The notes below the pieces were generated by a model. It saw only the letters and a program-made list of their open reading frames with translations. It was not told the DNA's origin and searched no databases. From Isurus oxyrinchus (lineage: Eukaryota): DNA of 64,000 bases. Location of the stretch: the NCBI GenBank assembly GCA_026770705.1, contig JANJGN010000071.1, positions 2,356,001-2,420,000 on the forward strand. Reading direction: 5' to 3'. The first letter of the stretch is position 1. The number at the start of each line of letters is the position of its first letter. The translations under genes and the position numbers were made by a program. Below are positions 1-12,100 of the stretch, piece by piece.

Positions 1-1466
1 GATTTCCTTCCCTAAAGGCCATTAGTGAACCAGATGGGTGTGTATGACAATCGATGATAGTTTCATGTTCTCCATTACTGAGACTAACTCCCATTAGTGT
101 AAACAGAGTGAACAGTTTTCCATTGATCCCACCTTTCCCGTTCTCTCCGGTGTTTTACACACTATTGCTCGATAATTTGATTCTGCCAAGGACCCCTTGG
201 AAAATCATGGACCCCAATTAGACAACCAATGGAATAAGGAATCTCTTTGGATTCTCATTGTCTAAGGAATCTCTTTGGATCCTCATTGTCTAAGGGATTA
301 TTTCTGATCCAGCCCCATATTGTTGTATTGTTGATTCCGATGCAGCATTGTAGACTGACTTGTCCCCAAGCTCAGCACTGACCCTACTCCAGCAGACACT
401 GTGAAACACAATAACAAAGCGCCTCTAGCCTGAGCTCTGCATGTGTCGGAGATGCCGCTGTGGTGGGTTCATGAATTTCAAAGATGCTGTTGTCATTTGT
501 TTTGTTCAAACTGAACTGGGCCCCACATGAAATGCTGATACCAGAAACTTCTTGTTCCCTGTCCTTCTGAAACATCTGTGATTCAGCAGGATTCTGAAGA
601 TTTGCTGACAAGGGTCTTAAATTGTCTGATTGTTGAATGATACAACACAGGAGGAGCTTGTTTGACCCATCGTGCATGTGCTGACTCTCTCCCAATTCCT
701 CTCCAGCACCTTTCGCACATCCCTGCAAATTTCCCTTCAAGTATTTATCCAGTTCCCCTTCTGAAAGTTCCTGTTGAATCTGCTTCCACCGCCCTTTCAG
801 GCAGTGAGTCAATGGTCTCTCTCTGAGCTGCAAGGTGCTCAGATTCTATGAAATTTATACTCTGCAGCAGATCAGAGACAATCATGATAACTCAGAATAC
901 ACAGACAGCTTTGCCTCCCTTCTCTCTTTCAGTTATCTTGCTCCCTTATCAAAGTTTCTGGCATGGTGTGAATGGACAGGAAGTGTGACACTGAACAGCC
1001 TGTCTATTCTAGGAGCTGCTGTGTTGTCTTCATGGGAAGTTTTGAATAAAGGCAGCAAAGGACACAAATTTCAGGTTATTGCTATCGGATAACTCTCATT
1101 AGGATAGGCTTCACCCACCAGGTTTTATCCCTGCTTCTCTATTCAATCCATCAATCCCGATTGCTCACTGACCAACGTCTGACAGCACCTGAATTTTGAG
1201 ATTCTGCTCTCGCTGCTACAAACCTGCCTATCCCTGTACACTCCTCCAGCCCCTACAACCCTCCAAGGCCTCTGCTGTCCTCCAATTCTGCTGTCAGACA
1301 GGGTGTCAGTGTATATCAGTGAGCAGAGGAGTGATGGATGAATGGGACATAGTGTGAGTTTGTACACTGGCTCACTGCTAAATCAGTTCCCAATTAGAGG
1401 TCAATAAGAATGATCTTTAACAAAGACTATTAACCATAAGTCTGTCCGAGCTGATGATGATATTAC

Positions 1467-1506
1467 CTTGGAGAAGTGACAGGAGGAAGTAAGATTTCCC
1501 GATCAT
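1467..1506 (-). CDS. Siglec-like gene D, leader exon (MIGKSYFLLSLLQ); rest of gene beyond left edge
   Basis: Same 40-nt coding sequence as the leader exons of genes A, B and C; ends CAAG|GTAATA (phase 1); acceptor TTTCTCTTTCAG near 1549. Confidence 0.8.
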
Positions 1507-1938
1507 TGTCCACTCCCAGATATTCCTTTAGCTTCTAACTCTGAAGTTCTGAAAGAGAAAGGAGTTAATGAGACTTCACCTCTTGTCCGAATGCTCTCGA
1601 GAGATCAGAACTGCTTTTAGACAATATCTTCACAGACTAATTTGATTCTCTGTGGGATGATAGGTGCTCTGCAGAGAGTTACAAGGCTTTCAGAAAGAAA
1701 ATCAATGAAGGACTTGCATTTCTATAGCACCTTTCACCACCTCAGGATGCCCCAAGCTCATGTCCCTTGAGCTAGAAAGATGTTCTGTACAACAGACTTG
1801 AGTCTCACACCCAGATCTCAATAATCAGTAGAAATCTTTCAAAGGCATCGATCATTGGAATCTGTCTTTATAAAGTCACAACATCAACAAAGGACGGTGT
1901 TGGTGGTGGAAGTGAATTCCAATCGTTCCGTTACTTAC

Positions 1939-2080
1939 CCAGGACCTGTCCGACTGCTCGCCTGGGGAGGAACTGCCCACACGCTCTGCTTGGGCTGAAT
2001 GACCTCTTCCTGTGCTGCTCCCTCTGTGTATTTAATTAGAAAGGGTGGATGTGTCTCTGTGAGTCAAAATGAGGAAGTTG
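1939..2080 (-). promoter_or_regulatory. Gene D putative promoter and non-coding exon 1 (ETS/PU.1-type and AP-1 motifs)
   Basis: GAGGAAGT at 2071-2078, TGAGTCA at 2060-2066, donor CTGG|GTAAGT after 1939; the same module precedes every leader exon in the window. Confidence 0.55.
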
Positions 2081-2299
2081 GAACAAAGTGAGTGAACAGC
2101 ACTTTGCTGTGCACTGTCAGTAAACCCTGTGTCTGTATAAGAATATAAGAACAGAACAAGTAGGATCAGCTGGACACCCTGACATTTTCATTCTTTATAT
2201 TCCATCCACTCATTATTTTATCCACTCACGGAAACTATTTATCTCCCTCTACAGCCTCTTTGTGTCCTCCTCAGAACTAGCTTTCCTGCCCAGCTTATA

Positions 2300-2595
2300 T
2301 ATTTCCGACCTATCTTCACCACACAGTCAGAAAATCTGCCTACAGTACAGTCATTCCCTTCATCCAAGTCACTAATGTAGATTGTGAATAGTTGAGGCCT
2401 CAGCACTGATCCCTGTGGCTCTCCACTAGTTACAGTTTACCAAGCTGAAAATCACCCATTTATCCTGGCTCTCTGTTTCCTGTCAGTTAGCCAGTCCTCT
2501 ATCCGTATTAATATATCCCCCCCAACACCATCCAATTTCACCCTGTGCAGTATCCTTTGATGTGGCACCTTATCGAATGCCTTTTGGAAATCCAA
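2300..2595 (-). mobile_element. CR1-type LINE RT fragment (continuation of 3421-4140)
   Basis: GCCTTTTGGAAATCCAA joins ATACACCACATCTACAGG across the LTR-like insert; degenerate RT-like sequence. Confidence 0.6.
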
Positions 2596-3418
2596 TGTCA
2601 TGAAGAGATATTTGTGTGTAACGTGTGCTTGGAAATAATATTTTCAAATAGAATTCTAGTGGTGGTCCATGTATAGGTGTGTGTCTGGGTGTGTCTTAAT
2701 TGGATTAAAGCCAGCTGCTCTGTGTGCTTTGATGTTTAGTAGTTTTGAGAAGTTAATTAGGTGAATTGTGAGGAGAACAGTAAAGTGTTCATTTGCAATT
2801 GTTGAATAAACCATTCCAGACTGGGGGTAAAATCTTGCACCTAGTTAGAAGGAGCCAAAAGATGTGTTTTTTCTTGAACTTACTAATGAAATTGGTGCAA
2901 TGAAAGGGGGTTTTATTGTTCGAAGAGCTGGAGTTCAGAAGACCGAGTGATATAATGGAAAATTTACAATCAAAGGGAAAGCTAGCTATATAAAGGAAGG
3001 AGTTTGTGTGTGTGAGGCAGGAGCATTTCAGACCGAACTAGCCTCCAACCAACTTGCAAAGGAACCTCATTCAGAATTCGTAATGTCAAATGTGCTTTGC
3101 CTGGTGTCTATATTATGTCAATGGTTCATTGTTGCCTTAGTAGAGATTTACATGGGGGTGATTAATTGGGGGATTTGTTAAAAATTTATTATAGTAGTTA
3201 TTTGTGGCCAATGTGTATGTGTTAATTTTGTTGTTAAATTAATAAATGGTTTATTTAGTTTAATATTAAAAAAACCCACAAGCCTCCGTGGTCTTATTCC
3301 TACTGAATTCAAAGTCTTCATCTCGAAATTACAAACAGCAAAATTGGGTTATGACAGTTGTTTCAATTTTCCCTCTGGGATTTGAACAACTCAGCCTTTA
3401 CCCTTGACTGTGTCATAG
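2596..3418 (+). mobile_element. Solo LTR-like element inserted in a LINE
   Basis: Starts TGTCATG and ends TGTGTCATA; internal TATA-like and AATAAA motifs; related copies at 6515, 20910, 52312, 55275 and 57131. Confidence 0.6.
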
Positions 3419-3420
3419 TC

Positions 3421-4140
3421 CCTAATACACCACATCTACAGGTTCCCCTTTATCCAATCCACTTGTTACATCCTCGAGGAAATCTAATTATTTTTTCAAA
3501 CATGATATCCCTTTCACAAACCCTTGTTGACTCTGTCTGATTGAATTATGGATTTCTAAATGTCCTGCTGCTCCCTCCTTCATAATGAATTCTGGTATTT
3601 TCCCAATGACAGATATTAGACTAACTGACCTGTAGTTTATTGCTTTCTGCCTCCTCCCTTTATTGAACAGAGGTGTTTCATTTATGTTTTTCCAATGCGC
3701 TGGGACCTTCCCATAATCTAAGGAATTCCGGAAGATTACAACCAATGCATCCACCGTCTCTGCAGCCATTTCCTTTCAGACCCTCACATTCAGGCCGTCT
3801 GCTCCATGGGACTTGTCAGCATTTGTCTCATTAGTTTTCTTAATACTTTTTCTCTGGTGATAGTGATTGTTTTATGTTCCTCCCTCCTTGTTGCACCGTG
3901 ACTTTCTCCTGCTATTGGGATGGTTTTAGAGATTTTTACTGTGAAGACAGACACAAAATTCTTGTTGAAAGTCTCTGTCATTTCCTTGTTTCCCATTATT
4001 AATTCCCCAGTCTGATTTTCTATGTGTCCCATTATTACTGGAGCTTCTCTCTTATTTTAATGTACAACATCTCACTGTCATTGTTTATGGTTCTTGCTAG
4101 TTTACTCTCATATCATCATTTCTGCCTCTTTATTATTCTG
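3421..4140 (-). mobile_element. CR1-type LINE ORF2 (reverse transcriptase) fragment, degenerate
   Basis: Translation DALVVIFRNSLDYGKVPAHWK..PLFNKG...NYRSVSLISVIGK...SQQGFVKGISCL matches CR1 RT N-terminal motifs. Confidence 0.8.
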
Positions 4141-5909
4141 CTGGGATCCTTCAGGTCAGATTTTTGCCCTCGGCAGGGGTGCACAGGGCTGGGGGCGGTG
4201 AGGAATCCGACTATCGCCTGCGATCAGCTCCGCGCTGCGATTTTACGCAGCCGGGCTAATTAAGGCCTGCCAGCATAAGATGTGGCTGCAGAATGAGTGC
4301 AAAGGGGCGGGCAGAGGTGGGTGCTTAGTGACTGCTTGGACCAATGGTGACCCAGCGGCCGATTGAAATCTGGCCACGGCAACCTTCAAAAGGCTTCCAG
4401 TGAAGGACGTTGAAATCATGGTGGACAGCGTTCCGGGTGGAGGGGCATTCGGCCCTGCGTTTCCCTGATGAGTGATGCTGCCCTCCTGGAGGGTGTGGAT
4501 ATTGACCCCACTGATCCCCCTCCCCCACTCCGCCATTCTATCCTGGGAGACCTGCCAGGTTCCTTTTTCTAGCTGCGATGGGCAGCCCTTCCACACTTTC
4601 CTGTGGGCCCCGCCCTTCATGTCCAAAAGCGCTAAGTTAGAGCAGGGATGGAGAAATGAACAGGGGGTGTGGGATAAGTGTGGGGGTCTCACAGCCAGAA
4701 CAGATGCTGCCTCAGGAGGGGGGGGGGAGGTTTCACCAGCTCTCTGTCTTAACAACATCGTAACCACAGTGTGAAGATTGTCCCCATTCCCTGTATCTTA
4801 ATAATATTGTAAAGACAACTGGGAGATGTGCTGCAATCGCTGAGAAAGTATCTGGTGTGCTTACAGCACCACCACTGGCAAGAGAGTGTAAGTACAGTGT
4901 GAGATGTTTACATGGGAAATTTTCATGATAAATGCGGACACAGGAATTTACATAATTTGGTGGGGAAATGCAATGACATGAATTAACAGATTGGAGCAGG
5001 AAGGTTGTCCCAGAGTAAGATGTTTAATAAAAATATATCTGTACAGAGTTGTCTGGGCATTTCAATCCCTTGTGACAATAAATGTAATATTATAGAAAAT
5101 GCAAAAGCTTCTTGTAATCTATCACAGAATAAACAAGTTGCAGAATTCAGAAAGCACATTCTGAAATGTTAACAAAGTTCAGTGATGTCACATTTCTGCT
5201 AATTACTATTTGGCCATGTTGGCTGCACGCAGTCAGACAGTCCCTCGGTTGTGATGTGTCCACACAGCAGGACTGGGATGCATCAGCATCAAAGGACATG
5301 CTTAGTTGTTGCTGTGCAATGCATTTATTGCGAGCCTGTTGCACACATGCCCTGTCGAAGGTTTCTAGGTGTTTCCATTCTGAATCGAGGCAGATCAACG
5401 TTACTACAACAACTTGCATTTATATAGCAACTTAATGTAGCAAACTGTCCCAAAGCTCTTCAGGGGATTGTTAACCACATATAAATCCATCTCTGAGACA
5501 AATAATGAGATATAAGGGACAGGTGACAAAAAGCTGAGTTAACAAAGCCAGTTAATAAGGACCATGTTAAAGGAGGAGAGCGATAGACAGAGATGCAGAG
5601 GGAGAGAGACAGAGAGAGAGAGACAAAGAAGGAGAGAGAGACGGAGAGAGAGAGAGAGACAGACAGAGAATGAGAGAGAGATAGAGAGACAGACTGGGAG
5701 AGAGAGAGACACTGAATCTCTGTCCCCAATGACTCAGCATAAAGTCGTCTCTGGGGAAACATTTCATTCCAAACCACACCAACCACAGACCCATTCAGTC
5801 CCTTCCTCCCTCTCTCCCCCTCTCCCCCAGTGGGTTGTCTCATGTTCCAAGGAATCACAATGCCTGCCCCCATCCACAAACCTCCTCACCCCCTCTCCCC
5901 GTTTCACAC

Positions 5910-6158
5910 TCAGTTTTGCTTGAATCTGATCTGTGCGTATTCTGTCTCCTCTTCCCTGTGGACAGACCCATCACCACTGGGCACCCTGAAGACTTGGGGA
6001 TTGGCGTAGAGAAGGTCGCCGGGTTTGTTGTGATTCCAATGTCCAGCATCGCCTCCCACTGGACCTTCAGAGAGATCCCGGGGAGCTGGGGTCTCCCCCT
6101 CACTAGTTGTGTCTCTGGTTGTGTTCCGGGCCTCAGTAATCAGCACGTTCTGTTTACC
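5910..6158 (-). CDS. Gene A terminal cytoplasmic exon (LLYANP degenerate ITIM; TEYAQI ITSM-like)
   Basis: Acceptor CTGTAG|GGTAAA; 249 nt to TGA, the same length as both gene C tails. Confidence 0.85.
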   Translation of the reverse strand, partial: GKQNVLITEARNTTRDTTSEGETPAPRDLSEGPVGGDAGHWNHNKPGDLLYANPQVFRVPSGDGSVHREEETEYAQIRFKQN

Positions 6159-9100
6159 CTACAGGGAAATGGAAACAGAAGACATCCTCACATCATTTAC
6201 TGGCACTGATAGGGTTAAATTATTGTGCAGCCGCGTTAGGGTCAGTCGTGTCTCAGTTGGTTTAACTCTGTCTCTCATATCATATAAAAGAAACCACCTA
6301 TGACAGGGCAGCACTCCCTCAGTACTGACCCTCCAACAGTGCAGCACTCCCTCAGGACTGACCCTCTGTCAGTCTCGCACTCCCTCGGTAATGTCTCTGG
6401 CGAGTGCCGGCTTGGATTCTGCACTCAGGTGCCTGACGTGAGGCTCATTAACATGAACCTTGTAATCAGAGAGAGGATGAGAGGGAAGAGAAAGAGAGAA
6501 AGAGAGAGATAGGGTGTTATTAATCTATTAATGTATGTAATGTAAGTGGAAATTGTCATTTTAAACAGGGGTTTAGTCTGTGGGTGTGTCTGTGAGAGTT
6601 TTAATTGGATTAAAGCCAGCCAGTCTGGGTACTTTGATGTCAAGTAGTTTTGAGATGTAAACAAAGAGGTAAAGGGGTAATTTGCATTTTTAAACAGAGC
6701 ACTCAATGTCTGAAAGTGAAACCTTAAACGAATCAATGTTTATATTACTAATAATATTGATACGATGAAGGGTGGAGTTCAAAGGTCCTGATGATTCAAT
6801 GAGAATTTACATTCAAAGAGAAGAGCTGGGTATAACTTGAGCAGTTTTGTGTGTGCAGAGCAGAGGCTTGTAACATCAAAGCAGCTGTAAGCCTTCACCT
6901 GTCTGCAAAGGAACCAAAGTGAAAGGAACCTCATTTGGAATTTGTGAGGTGAAAATGCTTTGCTTGGAATCTGCTTAAAGTCTATGGGTTGTCTTAGAGG
7001 AGATTAGTTTGGGAATTTGTTAAAAAGTTATGATAATACTAGTGTTTAGCCATGTGCATATGGTTAACTTGTGTAAATTAATAAATGTCTCATGTAGATT
7101 GATATAAAACCATCTCGAGAACTGGTGGTCTTATTCCTGAATTGAGAGCTGCATCTCAAACATTCCACTGGGAAATATAGGTTATGACAGTTGTTTAAAG
7201 TTTCCCTCTGGGATTTTAAACAACAGCCTTTACCAGTTGCTGTGTCATAACAGAGAGACAGCATGATACTGAACCATTGCTGACTCCACAGGTACAAATC
7301 AGTGGGTAACTGGGCTGGGAATCTGGGACATGTGTTGTCTACACACTGAGATTGAAGCTTTGGAGTGAGTGTAAACAGCTCCTGTACCTGGTGCTTCACA
7401 GAGAGTGGACTGGGGGTCAATGCAATGTCACTGGTCCCTGAAACTCTCTCCTCCATCGCTGTCTTTCTCCTGCAATAACACAATATCACACTGTGGTTAT
7501 CATATAGCAGAGAGTCAGTGCAGCACAGACACAGAGCCCACTGTAACCTTACACCAACGACTGGACTGTCTGTTTAAATCACTTCTGCACAAAGCACAGA
7601 ATCTAGAAGCTTGACACCATCCAGAACAAACCAGCCCGATTGATCAACACCCCATCCACCCCATTAAACATTCACTCCCTCCACCACGAACACACAGTGG
7701 CAGCAGTGTGTGTACCATCTACAAGATGCACTGCAGCAACTCAGCAAGGCTCCTTCGACAGCACCTTCCAAACCCACGACCTCTACCATCTAGAAGGACA
7801 AGGGCAGCAGACACATGGGAACACCACCACCTGGAAGTTCCCCTCCAAGTCACTCACCATCCTGACTTGGAAATATATCACCGTTCCTTCACTGTCGCTG
7901 GGTCAAACTCCTGGAACTCCCTCTCTAACAGCACTGTGGGTGTACCTACACCACATGGACTGCAGCGGGTCAAGAAGGCAGCTCACCACCTCATTCTCAA
8001 GGGGCAATTAGAGATGGGCAATTTAATAACGGCCTCACCAGTGACAGTCACATTCGATGAAAGAATTTAAAATCTCACAGCTCAGGAGGAAGCCACTCAG
8101 CCCATCGTGCCTGTGCTGGCCCTTTGTAAAAACTGTCCAATTAGTCCTAAGCAAATGTTTATATTAAAATCAAGTTAAATCTTCAGACTTACTTTCTCAC
8201 ACAGATGAAGATGAAGATTCCAGCCAGGAAAACACTCAACATGATCCCAGCCGTGAACAATCCTACTGTCCATTTACTGGAGTCTCTACCTGTAAAAACA
8301 GCCATTAATTACTGCACTACAGGTTTACAATGATGCTCCGATGTATCTCAAGAAGCGATACACTCACTCAGTGTTTAAATACTCATTCTCGGGCAATGCT
8401 GACATTTATTGTCCATCCCTAGTTTCCCCTTGAGAAGGTGGTGGGGGGTCTTCCTCCTGAACCACTGGCTTGTCCCAAACTGGGAGACCAGTTCAGAGGG
8501 CAGGTCAGAGTTAACCATGTTGGTGTTTGAGACTGGAGTCACATATACACCCAGACGTGTTAAAATGGACAGGTTTCCCTCCCTTAAGATCATTAGTGAC
8601 CCATATTATATATGTAATTTCTATATATATGTATCAAATAACCTCACTAAAATAATAAATTATCACCTCAATTTCACGCTGTTGTTTGTGGGATCTTGCT
8701 GTGTACAAATCAACGGTTGCGTTTCCTACATGACAACAGTGAGCTCACTTCGAAACTGCTTCATTGGTTATCGAGCGTTTTGGCAATTTCTAAGCATTTT
8801 ATCAACACAAGTCTTGCATTTCGATGTAATCAATCTAACATTTATATATAATATTTATCAATGTGATCCCTATAACATTAATGTATAATATTTAGCAATG
8901 TAATCTATGTAACATTTATATATAATGTTTCTCGATGTAATCTATGTAATATTTATATATAATATTTAGTCGTTTGGGAGGAGAACCTGAGTATTGCTGA
9001 GAAAGGACATTTTGTCAAAGCTTTCTGTCTTGCACCCAATGAAGCAGCTTATCTGGGGGAGAGGGTTCCAGATTTCCACTCCCCTATGTGTGAAGCAGTG

Positions 9101-12100
9101 CTTCCTGACATCACCCCCTGAATGGCCTGGCTCCAATTTGACCAAGTGTTGCCATTGTCACATGAGGTCAGGTGATTCAAAGCTTGGTCAAAGGGGTAAG
9201 TTGTACACAGCATCTTAGAGGAGGTAGAGAGAGAGGTGGAGAGGTTGAGGGAGGGAATTCTCGAGTTTAGGGATCAATCCAGCTGAGTGGAGATCGATCC
9301 TGAGCGATTCTGTCACCTTTGACCCACAGATACACCTTGAACATGGCTTCCCCATGTGGGTTTTGAACTGAGCAGGATGCCATCACTCCCCCCTCATCCT
9401 GGGGTCTCATCAGGGTGAGGGAACCAGTCACCAGATGCCCATCTCTGACCTGCCACGACACAAAACCTCCGTGTGTTTGGTTACCACTGATGTTTGCACT
9501 GGGCAGGTGCCAGGTGAGGTCTCCCGGTGGGTTGGATTCAGCCACACAGACACAGGTGACCCCCTCTGACCTCTGAGTGCACTCCGATTGCTGGGAAATC
9601 TCCGGCTTATCTGAGGAGGGAAGGACAACAATGAGACAACGTCTTGGCAAAGTTAGAGCGTAAGATAGAATCTTCACACTGAAACATTCATTCCTGCCTT
9701 TGTTACCTCCGCACTCGACTATCCCAACACTCTCCTGCCCGACCTCCCATCTTCCACTCTCCATAAACATCAGCTCATCCCAAACTCTGCTGTCTCCATG
9801 TCCTAACTCACACCGAGTCCCGTTCACACATCACTCCCTGTTGGTCACTGAGCTACACTGGCTCCCGGTCCGACAATGACACAATTTTAAAATTAACATC
9901 GTTTCAAATCCCTCCTTACCCCCTCCCTATCTCTGTAACCTCCTCCAGCCCCTATAACCCTCCCTATCTCTGTAACCTCCTCCAGCCCCTACAACCCTCC
10001 GAGATCTCTGTGCTCCTCCAATTCCGGCCTCTTGACCATCCCCCGATTACTATCGCTCCACCATTGGCGGCCGTGCCTTCAGCTGCCTGGGCCCCGAGCT
10101 CTGGAATTCCCTCCGTAAACCTCTCCATTTCTATCTCTCTCCTCATTTCAGACACTCCTTAAAATCCGGCCTCTTTCTCTGAGCTTTCAGTCCCTGTTCT
10201 AACATCTCCTTCTGTATCTCGGAGAGGCGCAGGGTGAAAAAAGCAGGGAGGTGATGCTAGTTATGCTAAACCACAGCAAGGAAGCTGCCCTCAGACAGAA
10301 AGTGTTTGAGTTTTAAGCAGAGACAGGGGGAGTAAAATGCTTACATTGTACGTTCAGGTGGGTGATGTTGGAGGTGCTGTTACCCACTGGGTTCCTCGCT
10401 GTGCAGTAGAAACCTGCATCATTCTCCCGTGTTACAGGAGTGAAGGAGAGAGTGCGGCTACTTGTGTTTAACTGGGTGCTGGTGTTCCCCTTGATCCTGA
10501 ACCAGGTGTAATGAGATATCGGTGGGACACTTTCACTGGAGCAGGTTAATGTGATATTGCTTCCCTCTCTTATCCCACCTGAGGATCTGCTGATGGACAC
10601 CATCGTCTCCTGTGGGGGATCTGGAACAAAGACAGAGAACAATCAGCAGATAATCCCCACACCCCACAGCTCTCCGAAATCTCTGCGCTCCTCCAATTCT
10701 GAACTCTTGGACATTCTCCCATTCCCATCTCTCCACCATTGGCGGCCGTGGCTTCAGCTGAGAAACCCTCCAGTCCAGTCACTAGTGTGGAGTTCAGATC
10801 CCCTCCCACATTCTTTCTCTGGGACATCGATGACTGTTTCGATGCTGCTTCATGCTCAGTCTGGACCTGGGAAGATTTATCTATTTTGCTTCCAATTTTC
10901 CCCCCTCCATCATTCTCACAGGGTCCATCTCTGACACTTCCCTTCCCTTCCTTGATCTCCCTGTCTCAACTTCTGGTGATAGACTGTCCACCAATATCCA
11001 TTACAAGCCCACTGACCCCCACACAGACCTCGAATTCAGCTCCTCACACCCCGCTTCCTGTAAGGACTCCATCCCATTCTCTCAGTTCCTTCGCCTCTGT
11101 CGTATCAGATCCGATGATGCCACTTTCCAAAACAGCCCTTCTGACATGTCCTGCGTCTTCATTAACCAAGGTTTCACACCCATGGTGGGTGAGGGGGCCC
11201 TGAACCATGTCTGGCCCATCTCCCATGCATCCGCCCTCACACCTTCCTCTCCCTCCCTGAACCATGATGAGGTCCCCCTTGTCCTCACTTATCACCCCAC
11301 CAGCTTCTGCATTCAAAGGATCATGCTCCGCCATTTCCGTCAACTCCAGCATGATGCCACCACCAAACACATCTTCCTTTCACCGCCCACTGTTGGCAAT
11401 CCATAGGGATCGTTCTCTCCAGGACACCATGGTCCATTCCTCCATCACCCTCAACACCTCAACCTCCACCCATGGCATCTTCTCATGCAATTACAGAAGG
11501 TGCAACACCTGCCCCTTTACTTCCCCCCTTCTCACCGTCCAAGGGCCCAAACACTCCTTCCAGGTGAAACAGCATTTAACTTGCACTTCCCTCAATTTGT
11601 TCTACTGCATTCGCTGCTCCCAGTGCGGTTTCCTCTACATTGGAGACACCAAACGGAGATTGGGTGACAGCTTTGCAGAAGACCTTTGGTCTGTCCACAA
11701 GCATGACCCAGACCTCCCTGTCGCTTGCCATTTTAACACCCCACCCTGCTCTCATGCCCACATGTCCGTCCTTGGCCTGCTGCATTGTTCCAGTGAAGCC
11801 CAACACAAACTGGAGGAACAGCACCTCATCTTCCGACCTGGCACTTTACAGCCTTCCGGACTGAATATTGAGTTCAACAATTTCTGGTCATGAACTCTCT
11901 CCTCGATCTTCACTGCTTTTTGAACCCTTTTTTATGTATTCATTTTAATTGTTTTATTTGTTAACTGTTTTCCACTTATTTTTATTATTATTATTTGAAA
12001 TTCATTTCCATTTTTATTGATTGTTTTATCCACAGATTTTAGTCTATTTTCGATCTTTATTCCCTCCACTGTCCCCTCCCCCTGCCACACCCCCACGAGG

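Noticed and set aside
384-833. 149-aa ORF near the left edge
   Set aside because: No Ig or other recognisable motif; overlaps LINE-tail-like sequence in the gene D intron.
10852-11893. Nested host gene or active endonuclease in the gene A intron
   Set aside because: Truncated, frameshifted Penelope RT/GIY-YIG remnant duplicated passively with the gene.
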